Shown in pieces: positions 11,149 to 22,449 of a stretch of 64,000 nt of DNA; the first letter of the stretch is position 1, and the number at the start of each line of letters is the position of its first letter. Position numbers and translations under genes: made by a program. The notes beneath the pieces were generated by a model, which had not been told where the DNA came from, made no database searches, and saw nothing but the letters and a program-made list of their open reading frames with translations. The stretch is from Hamiltosporidium tvaerminnensis FI-OER-3-3. Its lineage: Eukaryota; Fungi; Microsporidia. The DNA lies in NCBI GenBank assembly GCA_022605425.2, contig CM061253.1:760918-824917 (forward strand), given 5' to 3'.

Positions 11149-14100
11149 TTACAAATACAATGAACTTGCAAATACTATATCCCTCTTTATCTTACTAACA
11201 CCTAAACTAAATATACCTTCTAACTCACTATTACCAATACCTCTAGCAGCACAACTAAGCTGTCTCATTAACTCTTCTAACCTTCTAAAACACCTAATAA
11301 TACTTCCTTCAAATACATTAGTCTTACAACATATCTCACTAAAAGTAAACCCTAACACCCACATCCTAACAACATCCATTAATTCATAAGAAAACCTTTT
11401 ATAATAACACTGTATATCAACATATAACCCACATTCACTCATAACCTTAGATATCTTATCAACTGTACCTTTTAAAAGTCTATACGTTTTATTATTTTGT
11501 TCACTAAGTTCTAAATCATTATTTTCTTCCCATTCACTAAATACCATACAAGATAATAAAGGTACTATCTCATCAACACCTAAACTTATAAAATCTCCAT
11601 TAAATATCATTTCTGTTAATATTAATTCATCACTACTACTTATTTCACATGCTACTCTTCCTTTTACTAATACTTTATTGTTTATATCACAATATTCTAA
11701 TCTTCTTAAAACACTTATCATTTTCTTACAATCCTCCATATGATATATCTCATTTAAAGAATTTAAAGTATTATATTTCCTTATAATAAGGTTTTTAGAA
11801 TAAAGGAGTCTAAAGTGTTTAAGGGGTGTGGGTGTGGTATTAGTGGGGGTGTTATTGGTGTTGGGGGATGTGGGTGTGTATATGTTGTTGTTATTGGTAT
11901 TACTTCTTTTATTAGTGTTAGTGGTATTACTAGTTTTATTAGTGTTAGTGTTATCATATCTATTACTATCCCTAACCCTCTACTACTATCCAACACACTA
12001 TCCATACTGTCATACTCTGCTATTGGGTCGTAACATATACCCTCTATACACTTACTTACTATATATTCTCTACCACATAAATAACACCCTTTACTAATAC
12101 TATCATATCCTTTACTCTCATATCTATTAATACCTTTACTAATACTATCATATCCTTTACTCTCATATCCTTTACTCTCATATCCTTTACTCTCATATCC
12201 TTTACTCTCATATCCTTTACTCTCATATCCTTTACTATCATACCCTTTACTTATACTCTCATATCTTTTACTCTCATATCCTTTACTCTCATATCCTTTA
12301 CTTATACTCTCAATCTCACTTTCACTCTCATACCCTTTACTCTCAATCCCACTCTCAATCTCACTTTCTATTTCATATATTTTATAATCATATTCACTTT
12401 TAATATTAATAAAAGGTATTTTATTATTTTCTTTAAAAATAAAATCTTCTTTTACTCTTATATCATAAATATTGTTTATGCATGTTTTATTTATTTGCAT
12501 TCTTTTTATACCCCCACGCATAAAAGCATGAACAGATAAGGTGTTAGTATTAGTATTAGTATTATGGTTAGGGTTGTTGTTACTTATAGGGTTAGAGTTA
12601 CTTATAGGGTTAGTGTTATTACTTATAGGGTTAGTAATAAGGTTATTATTAACCTACCCTTACCACTATCCCTACCCTTACCCCTACTACTATCACCCCC
12701 TGTTATTATTATTGCATTGATAAATAGGGTTGCTCCTTCTCTTGGTATAAATATATTTAATAATCTACCTACTTTTAAATAAGGTTTAAATACTTCTTGT
12801 AAACTAACACTTCTCTCTATTAACAGTCTCTCTCTCTCAAGACAAAGAAGAGGGAGTTGGTTAATAATAGTAGTATTTGGTTGGTTGTTACTGTTATTAG
12901 TATTGTTATTTAGTTGGTTGTTAGTATTGTTGTTAGTAGTATTGTTATTATGTATGTTACTATCCCTACTACTAACACTACCACTATCCCCACTACCACT
13001 ATCCCCACTACCACTATCCCCACTACCACACTCCCCACTACCACACCCCCCACTACCACTACCACTACCCCCACCACACTCATACTCATACTTATCTATA
13101 ATGTGTCTTATCTTCTTTATCTCTTTAAATACCTCTTCTCTCTTATATATATTTTGAAAATGATAAAAACTTCTTCCTAAAAGAAATAAAGGATCTAATC
13201 CTTCTACTCTCATAAGATTTAACACCATATTATAACTAAGATAAAAAGCACTATCTAACCTATCACATACACCACTAAATAATTTAACACCTTCTTCTTC
13301 TTCTATAGTATCACCTAACATAACAATAACAATTCCTTTATCATCTAAACCTCTTCTACCTGCTCTACCACTCATTTGTATATATTCACCACTACTAAGT
13401 ATTCTTTTTAAAATACCATCAAATTTATATAAAGAAGTAAAAATAACAGTCTTTGCTGGCATATTTAAACCAATAGAAAAGGTTTCAGTTGCAAATAAAA
13501 TTTTTAAAAGATTTTCTTGAAATAATATTTCTATAACTTCTTTAAGTATAGGAAGTAAACCACTATGATGTATACCTATACCTTTCATAAGTAATGGTAA
13601 TATGTTTGTTATTAATGGTAGGTTTCTATCTTCTGTTCTTAAAGTACTTAAAGCATTTGAGAAAATTATTTTTATCATTTTTTTTTCTTCTGAATTTAAA
13701 AAGTCTTGTTCTATGCTTAAAGCGTGTTTTTCACAGTCTTTTCTACTGAAACTGAAGAAAATTGCGGGTAAATTGTTATTTTGTATAAGGGTTTCTGTAA
13801 TTTGAAATATATTTTTACTTTCAATTCTTTTACTTCTTTTAATAGATTTAACAACAGAGGTAAATGCTTTACGGTCAAAGAAGGTGTTATTATTTGTAGG
13901 GGTAGTGGTGGTAGTGGTGGTAGGGTGGGTGTTTTGGTTGTTGGAGGGGTGTTGTTTATTAGATAGGTTGTTAACACCCTGTTGTTTATTAGATAGGTTG
14001 TTAACACCTTGTTGTTTATTAGATAGGTTGTTAACACCCTGTTGTTTATTGGTACTGGTGTTAACACCCTGTTGTTTATTAGATAGGTTGTTAACACCCT

Positions 14101-15247
14101 GTTGTTTATTGGTACTGGTGTTAACACCCTGTTGTTTACTATCTGTATCAATAACACCCTTATAACTACTATCTCTGTCAATATCACCCTTATAATTACT
14201 ATCCTTATAATTAACACCCTGTTGTTTACTACCTGTATCAATATCACCCTTATAATCACACACCTTACTATCAATATCACCCTTATAATCACACACCTTA
14301 CTATCAATAACACCCTTACTGTCAATATCACCCTCATACCCCACACCCTTACTATCACTATCACAATCTACGTTATAACATACCTTTGTCATTCCTTTCT
14401 CTCCTAATGGTGCTATATAATGAATTAAAGGTGTTGGTCTCTTATCTGTATAAATAACATGTGTTGTCTGTTGATGTATATACGTTATCCACTCAGCAAA
14501 CTGTAAAGCATTAGGAACAGTAGCACTAAGAAATACCATTCTAACACTACAAGGTAATAAAACAATACTCTCTTCCCATACAACACCTCTCTCTTTATCT
14601 TTCATATAATGTATCTCATCAAATATAATATACTTTACTTCTCTTAATATCTCACTACCTTTATATAACATATTACGTAATATCTCTGTTGTCATTACTA
14701 TACATGAAGATGAAGGGTTAAGTGTTACATCTCCTGTCATTAATCCTACATCATTAAATTTTTCAAGTAATTCTCTGTATTTTTGATTTGATAATGCTTT
14801 TATAGGTGATGTGTATATAACACGTTGGTTGTTACTTATACATGTGTGTATAGCATGTTCTGCTACTAAAGTCTTACCAGAAGAAGTATGTGCACTAACA
14901 AGGACACTTTCGTTTCTTTCAATAGCGTTAATTGCTAGTAATTGGAATGTGTCTAATTTAAAGGGGTATATCTTAGAAGGGGGTGTTAGTGTAAGAGGTA
15001 TGTATGTAGTAGAGAGGGGTGTTACAGCTAAGTGTCTAGTATGTTGATAAGTAGTAACACATGATATCTTAGTATTTGTGATTGGTGTATTTGTAATATT
15101 TGTGTTTGTATTTGATATAGTGTTTGGTATAGTGTTTGTATTTGGTATAAGTGTCATATTATAAGTGTTATAAGCGTCATTTGTGTTACTAGTGTTAGTT
15201 ATGGTGTTGAAGACTGAGAATGGATCATCGGGGTTTTCAAATGACAT
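11149..15247 (-). CDS. MTR4: MTR4 (Ski2-like DExH RNA helicase, TRAMP/exosome cofactor), split into 3 ORFs by two single-base frameshifts and carrying low-complexity inserts
   Basis: YPFKLDTFQ, SAHTSSGKT, TSPIKALSNQKYREL, DEIHYM, FLSAT, GIGIHHSGLLP, YIQMSGRAGRRGLD; C-terminal FEGSIIRCFRRLEEL...IKRDIVFASSLYL. Adding one G near 12653 and one near 11976 gives one continuous frame. Confidence 0.93.
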
Positions 15248-15289
15248 GGGTGTTAAGGGTAAGGAGGTGTTTTATAATAAAGAGGGGAG

Positions 15290-15560
15290 AGAGGTAAGAG
15301 GGTGATAAGTAAAAGGAGTAGAAGTAAGAGGGTGTTAAGGATAAGGAGTAGTATGTAAGAGGGTGTTAAGTATAAGGAGTAGTATGTAAGAGGGTGTTAA
15401 GTATAAGGAGTAGTATGTAAGAGGGTGATAAGTATAGTACTTTAAATAACCCGTTAGTAACAGTATTTTTAAATAACCCGTTAGTAATAGTATTTTTAAA
15501 TAACCCGTTAGTAATAGTATTTTTAAATAACCAGTTAGTAATAGTACTTGTAAATAACAA
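15290..15560. repeat. Adjacent minisatellites: ~31-bp G-rich unit (gtaagagggtgttaagtataaggagtagtat), then 27-bp unit (ttaaataacccgttagtaatagtattt)
   Basis: Tandem copies seen directly upstream of the MTR4 ATG. Confidence 0.9.
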
Positions 15561-16097
15561 TAGGGTGTTAACACCTTGTTAAAAATAACACTAACAATAA
15601 CAGTCTCTTATTAATTATCTTGTTAGTAACATAACTTATAAATAACCTTGTTGAAATATCACTAACAATAACAGTCTCTTATAAATTATCTTGTTAGTAA
15701 CATAACTTATAAATAACACTAATAATAACCCTAATAATAACCTTTAATTAACTCATTACTAACCTATTAAAGTATTACTAAGCTAGTAGCAATCCTTACT
15801 TATCAATAATCTTAACCTAACCCTAACTCTTTACTAACTTTTACAAACAATACTCCTACCACATATACTTAATACAAATTCTACTTAATAATCCATCTAA
15901 TCCTACATATTCCTAACCTATTCCTATACCTATTCCTATACCTATACTGACTTATTATTATTCCTAATTCTAGTTTCTCTGATATTTTCCCTACAACCTA
16001 TTCATAACCCTACCCTACCACCTATCCTTAACCTTTCCCTACCATCAGTTCTTAATCCAACCCTACATTCACCTACCCAATAACCTTAATCCTAATC

Positions 16098-16943
16098 CTA
16101 CTTGTAATCTGCCCACAGTTCCTCTTCATTAGAGTAATCCTCTGTAGGAAACACTCTAAATCCATCTCCATGTGCTTTTAAGAAATAAGTGTCATCATTC
16201 GGATCATGTATCTTAAGTTTAGCACCTGGTTTAAGTATATATTCTTCTGTACCAAGGTGTCTTACAGACTTTAAGTCTCTAATATATTCTCCATATACAG
16301 TTTCACTGTTACTAATACAATTATCTGTGTATCTACACAGTTCACTATTAAAAGAGGTATTAACAGTACCCATGTCTTTATATTTGACACGAGAAATCAT
16401 TCTGAATATAGAATCGTAAATTGAAGTCTTAAGTTGATGTATTTCTCCAAAAGTAAATCCTATGATGTTATCGCATGTACCAAATGGTAATATGGATGTC
16501 TGTGGAGGTGTCATAAGTAAATTGGGACAGAAAAATACTAAAAGTCTATTTCCAAGCTGTCCTTTTTCTTTGGCTTGTATAAATGTACGGGACATGGCTG
16601 ATCGGGCTTGTGAAGGAGATCCTTCCATACACTTGGTTTTGTCGTAGGGTACTTTGTAATCGTCTAAAGATAAATTGTCGAAGTATCCTCGTACTTGTAC
16701 ACCGTACGGTTGAAGGTCGCGGTTTACCATGTCAAAAATACCGCCGTAAAATTTCATGTTGGCGGTTATTACGTTATAGTCCATGCTAAATTCTGGGTTG
16801 AGCATAGATTTTAGGGCTATCATGGCTCCTCCGTCGATATGGACGTGTATCTTTATTACGTTGGTGCCTCTTTTGTTTGCACAATTTCTTATCATTCCCA
16901 TTTCTTTTTGTAGAAAAATTGGAAAAAATAGAAAGAAAAGCAT
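16098..16943 (-). CDS. Secreted Cys-containing protein, probably microsporidian spore-wall protein (SWP7-like)
   Basis: Hydrophobic N-terminus MLFFLFFPIFLQ, several Cys, coding-like GC content; family assignment from recollection only. Confidence 0.6.
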   Translation of the reverse strand: MLFFLFFPIFLQKEMGMIRNCANKRGTNVIKIHVHIDGGAMIALKSMLNPEFSMDYNVITANMKFYGGIFDMVNRDLQPYGVQVRGYFDNLSLDDYKVPYDKTKCMEGSPSQARSAMSRTFIQAKEKGQLGNRLLVFFCPNLLMTPPQTSILPFGTCDNIIGFTFGEIHQLKTSIYDSIFRMISRVKYKDMGTVNTSFNSELCRYTDNCISNSETVYGEYIRDLKSVRHLGTEEYILKPGAKLKIHDPNDDTYFLKAHGDGFRVFPTEDYSNEEELWADYK

Positions 16944-17439
16944 TTGTGTATATTTTTTTGTTTGGAATAAAAGAGATTTGTTTATTTAAAACGTATTGTT
17001 TTAAGAAATCGCGAAGAAAAAATATATTGTGGTTTATTATATTAGACTTATTAATATTTAAAACATAATGTTTTAAGAAATAGGGGAATACATTGACGTA
17101 ACGGCTATTATATTAGACTTTTTAATTTATCAAACGTATTGTTTTAAAGAATTTGAAGAAATACGGTTAGTTTTTACAATAATAGACTTTTTAATTTATC
17201 AAACGTATTGTTTTAAAGAATTTGAAGAAAATCCGCGATCATATTTAAGTATATTTAATATGAAACAGATTGTTTTGAATAAATTAGTTTTTAAGATATG
17301 TCCATGGGTTATGTAGGGTTGGTTAGAAGGGCTTGATGTGTATGCCTGGTATTATATATTAGGAAATATCAAAGAATGGAAATAATATTTGAAGTATAAA
17401 ATTCATGTTTGAAATTTTATACTATCAATATATTATTTT

Positions 17440-17980
17440 TTATGAAAAGGAAGCATTTTTTATTTGTTTTCATGACATTAACGTTGTTTTAAATTTTACA
17501 TAGATAAATATTCCCAGTAAACTCCTGAAATCTATTAGATGGCTAAATTGCGAATCAATCATCTAAGCGGGTCTAGAATATGATTAATACATAAGACAGT
17601 TATCTAAAGCATTATTTTGCATTACCTGCAGTATGAATACAAATTGAATCCCTCTTTTTGATTCAAGAGACCTCGGAATTTCAATTGCTATAAACTTCTG
17701 AACAAATAGATTTACAGCTAAGATATATTCCTGCGCTTATATTAGTCTATTTAGACGTTTACATGTCATACAAACAGATATAACCTGCTTATCAGGGTTC
17801 CCCAGTATTTTACAGAGTATATTTATTTTTAGTATTTCATAACCGCTAAGTCTTCCATTCTTAATGAAAACCTAGATTTCCAAGCGATTAAGGCCGAATA
17901 TATTACTTTTTAATCCTGGTATACAATTCTAGGAGCATAAAAAACTACGAGTAAATTTATAGATAATTTTTTTCATATTT
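17440..17980 (-). repeat. Copy C of Trp-rich decayed coding element
   Basis: Reverse complement contains gcttggaaa, tggaagacttagcgg, gcaggttatatctgtttgtatgacat, gaatatatcttagct, gttaatgtcatgaaaa. Confidence 0.8.
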
Positions 17981-20669
17981 TTGTTTATTCTATCATTCTT
18001 ATACGAATTTCAATGTAACAGCCAAAAATCTAACTTAATTTTCATTTCACCTAAAATTCAATCACCCGTAAAACAAATTAAAGGAATCATTTATAAAAAG
18101 ATATATTTTAATCAGGCGATTATCTCTTCACTTAAGATTCAATAAGAATCATATGTAATATTATTTTTGTTATCACGAATTCTTATTTTTAGAAAGTCAG
18201 AGAGTTAAAATGGCAAGACAAGCAATAAATTATATTAAATACAGGAACCAATAAAATACACTGCTAGATTACACTCTTTCTATATATTTTATTGGCTTTT
18301 CACTTATATCTTTTAAATTATAAATTCTTTTTTGATTTCAAAAGAAAGCTTTCAATTGAAAAAGTTTATTTATTAAAAGATTGATATTTTAACAGTGGCT
18401 GATCAATACTTCTTTAGTTGTTTGTGTTGTTTTTTTAGGAATTTTGTGTTTTATTGTTATACCTTGTATATTCTTATAATTTTTTTTGCCTTTGGCTATG
18501 AATCAGCACATCTGAAAATTTGAATAACCCATAAATTTGGCAGTTTTTATATAATTAGTGTTTTTATTTTCATTATGGCTTAATGATACTGTTCAGCTAA
18601 ATCAAAAATTGTTATTGCAAATTTTTTTTTTTAATATAAGTTTAAACAATTTCTGGCAAAATCAATAGAAAAAAGTTATCTTTTTTTCTTAACTGATTCC
18701 TATATTGAATATTAGAGTTTTAATACTAGAAACAAATCATATATCAAAGTTTCATTTCAATTGCTTCAGATTTTTATTTGAAATTATAGTAAGTTTTAAA
18801 ATTTGTAATTGTAAAATATGATTTTTCTATTTTTTAGTTCTATAACTACTTTTTATAAGCTTTAAAAAGTACACATGTGTTAGAAATCACAAATATTCAA
18901 ATAATACAAATAAAAAATCTTTTACTACTGTATTTTAGACTTCTATTATAGAAATATCAACTATTGTTTTACATTGAATTACAAAATACTAAGAGTGTTT
19001 CAAAATGTTTTATATGCCTATATATAGTTTATTATCTTTATCATATATACATTTACTTCAAATAAATAATCGGGTTTTCTGGGTTCTATATCAATATACA
19101 TGCTATTTAAAGAAATTGGTTATTTATATGAGTGTTTTTTTTAAAGCCACTAGTTTTTTTTCGGTTTTTTAGCTTCTAATTATAGATATTTGAGAATTCT
19201 ATTTTAATTTAACAATGCAAGAAGAAATCTAATAACTTAAACAAAAAAAATTATCTTTGAGCTCAATTTACATTTGGTTCCAATTTATAACGCATTTATA
19301 TTTGATATCGTATATTATTTATCAAATATGGATTTATGTAAATAATAACTTTATATGTTTACACATGATATAATATTATATAGTTTCTCTTCTAGATATT
19401 TACATGTATATAAATAACTATGTGTCTTAGATCGAATCATATTTCCAAAAGACTAATTAACATGTATAGTATTTCTAAATTACATCGGATTTTCTCACGA
19501 AGTGCTTTTTTAAAATCTGTTCATATGAATATTTATTTCATGAATTATATAAAATACTCTTCTTGGTAAATTTAAAATTTCTTAAATATTGATTGCAATA
19601 AAAAAAAATCAACTTCTTAGTCTGGAGTTTGAATATAATTTTACTTTAGTTTAAGAAATTTAATAAAATTTTTAAATAGAAAATATTCTTGGATTTATAA
19701 AAAAATCGTTATAAAACATAAATAGACTTTTATAATATTAGTTGAAATGAAAGTTTTTAAAATAATTATTTTTTTTAAAATTCTAAAGATTATCGATATT
19801 AAAAAAAATTGATAGAACTATAATAACCTTATTATTTTGTAATTAATTTACTTTTCATTTTTAAAAATATTTTTTTTATAATATTTTGGTATATTTGTGC
19901 TTCAAAGTTAAATTCAAATTATAAAAAGTTAAAAATTTGACTTTTTGCTTATCAGTCGCTATATATTAGCTTTATAAAAAGAACTTTTAAGATATTTTAG
20001 ATTTAAAATGGTTGAAAATAAACTTAGAAAAGTAGAATTAAAGATTTTCATGGTATATTGATAAAAAAAAATAACAACTTATTAAATTTTTATCAATATT
20101 GAGAGCTATAAAGTTTCTAAGACTTATAATTTTACACACGGTTGATATTTGCAACTTTTATCAGAAAAAATCTTATTTATCAGCTTTTGGTTATAACAAT
20201 ATTTCTTTTTGAATAAAATAATAATTCACTTGTGGTTTTCTAAAAGATATATTTGATGATTTTTCATTGTGTTATAATTAAACCTGATTGTAATATAATT
20301 TGAAGTATAGCTTGCTAGATTATATATTTACAATTCAAATAATTTTTTTTAGGATTTTGTAAGAATATTCATACAGATTACAAAATCCTCTTTAGGAAAA
20401 TAATTAAAATTTTGGCTTGAATCGAGTATCAGGTAAATAAAAATATGATATACATTTCGGTTGAAATTTATATTTGTATTTAAAATATCAATGTATTATA
20501 AATAATTTCTTTAGCAAATTAGCAGCAAACATATTGATAAAATATGTATTGTTCTTGTTCCTTGGTAGCTTTAAATGTAATAGAATAAATTAAAGAATAT
20601 AAAAAAATTCCAAATAACGTCAAATTATATATAGAATAGTCAATGCCTAAGAAAATCGATATTTTACAA

Positions 20670-20697
20670 TATAAAAATCAAATTCCATTCCCATAAA
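20670..20697 (+). promoter_or_regulatory. TATA box plus CCC motif upstream of kinase copy 1 (same layout in all four paralogs)
   Basis: TATAAA 25-30 nt before ATG at 20670, 27509, 36485 and 46881, each followed by CC/CCC just before ATG. Confidence 0.65.
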
Positions 20698-21924
20698 ATG
20701 AATTTAATATGTTTTTGGTTTATTCGAGGTTTATATTTTTTGGAGGTTCTTTACGCAGCACTTATACCGTTTTCTAATACAAACGGTCGAAAGAAAATAG
20801 AAGAAACCTATTTACACTTTTTAAGTTGCAGAATATATAAATATTATTCATATACTGATATAGAATATCTTTCAAGTGGTGGATATGGCCATATATTAAA
20901 AGCTACATATATTGCGACTAGAGAAACCGTGGTAATTAAAGTAGCAAAATCAAATGAATATCAAATTTCTCTTACAAATGAAAAGAGTTTTTTGGATAAA
21001 TTGAATCATCTAAATATTATAAAATATATTCGGGAAATAAAAATTAATAATAAAACATGTTTGGTATTTCCATTCTATGAAAATACCTTAGAATCAGCAT
21101 TTTTACATAAATTTTTTGATGACAATGAAATAAGATTTATACTTAAACAAATTTTAGATGCTTTAAGGTATATGCATAATAAAGGAATAATACACAACGA
21201 TATCAAACCCGGAAATGTTTTACTCCAAGGCAAAGGATGTGTTAAAATTATAGACTTTGGTATAAGCTGTAACGTAAATAGGCCAATAAAAATATTTGAA
21301 GGTTATGGTAAAAGCGATATCGATCAGAAATTTGAATTCTATTCACCTGAAATTAGAACAAATGATCTATATAACGAAAAAAGCGATATGTGGAGTTTTG
21401 GATATATAATTAGGTATTTAAAGTACAAAAATAAATGGAAATCGATATACGAATTGGCATTTAAAGTTCAAGATTATTCTCATTTTATTTCATTTTTTAT
21501 AAATAATGAATCCGATAAAAGAGTAAGTGCATCAACTGCACTCATGAGTAACTTTTTTGAAGGTTTTTATGAATTTATTTTTTGTTTTTGTTCAATTAAA
21601 GACCAATCTATTTGCGGACCAGAATATAAATTTTCCAAATTTGATAATAGACTTCATATTACCAATAACAAATTAAATATTGTGTTTTATTGTGGTTGTA
21701 GTGTTGAAGCGAAAAGTTTTTGCTCTGAAAAAATAATTCAAGCCAAGAGAAAAGATATGGTATTTTTTAACTCAGATCATTCGCAATATTTTAGTTTTGG
21801 AAACCACTGCAGTTTTATGATAATAATTGACACTCGTTTTTATTTATTATGCGAATTAAATATGAGCGAATTGGAATGTTTACAAGTGATTTTTCAATAT
21901 CTTAGGATTAACACTATGAAATAG
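20698..21924 (+). CDS. Putatively secreted Ser/Thr protein kinase, paralog 1 (408 aa)
   Basis: Hydrophobic N-terminus; SSGGYG, VVIK, HNDIKPGN, DFG, YSPE, DMWSFG; Cys-rich C-terminal domain. Confidence 0.93.
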   Translation: MNLICFWFIRGLYFLEVLYAALIPFSNTNGRKKIEETYLHFLSCRIYKYYSYTDIEYLSSGGYGHILKATYIATRETVVIKVAKSNEYQISLTNEKSFLDKLNHLNIIKYIREIKINNKTCLVFPFYENTLESAFLHKFFDDNEIRFILKQILDALRYMHNKGIIHNDIKPGNVLLQGKGCVKIIDFGISCNVNRPIKIFEGYGKSDIDQKFEFYSPEIRTNDLYNEKSDMWSFGYIIRYLKYKNKWKSIYELAFKVQDYSHFISFFINNESDKRVSASTALMSNFFEGFYEFIFCFCSIKDQSICGPEYKFSKFDNRLHITNNKLNIVFYCGCSVEAKSFCSEKIIQAKRKDMVFFNSDHSQYFSFGNHCSFMIIIDTRFYLLCELNMSELECLQVIFQYLRINTMK

Positions 21925-22217
21925 TTATTTAAATTAATTCATTAAAACCGATTTTTTACGAGTCTATTTGAAATGATTTAAAGCCAATTTTTTTTTCCAT
22001 ATCTAAGTTACAATAAATATTTGATTGCATTTAAATGATATTTACAATATTATAAGTATAATGATTAGACTTTGGCAAAACTTTGTCAAACAGAATTAAC
22101 TACTACTAATTAGTGCTACAGCTTTTAAAGAGGCCAAGCTCATAAATATTGTTTTAATTTTTATCATTTGGTTTCAGTTTCGTAGAAATATGGTTTTGTG
22201 AGATAAGCGTTTTAGCC

Positions 22218-22300
22218 CTATATCCACCCTTCTCTTTATCCGGACTTAGGACTTGCAGAGCAAAACTCATCGTATCTCTGGCGGAGTTAAAACAGAATAG
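22218..22300 (-). ncRNA. Twister ribozyme-like motif (probably partly decayed), resembling the 5' end of an RTE-type retroelement
   Basis: Reverse complement UAACUCCGC-CAGAG...CUCUG-CAAGUCCUAAGUCCGGAUAAAGAGAAGGG follows the twister layout UAA/P2/GCC/P3/GUCCYAAGC/P4/UAAA/RAGGG; P4 carries mismatches. Confidence 0.7.
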
Positions 22301-22449
22301 AATATAAGATGTTTATTATAAGAAAATAATCAAAATGTGGTATCTTTGAGCCCTATTACGGTAATATAGAAATCGAACAATTTTTTTTTGAGTGCGATTA
22401 TGTGGTATGTTCCCCTGTTGTATTACTGATATATCTCAGAAAAAAGATA

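Noticed and set aside
11815-15574. Many short overlapping ORFs on both strands in and around MTR4
   Set aside because: Shadow frames of low-complexity inserts and minisatellites
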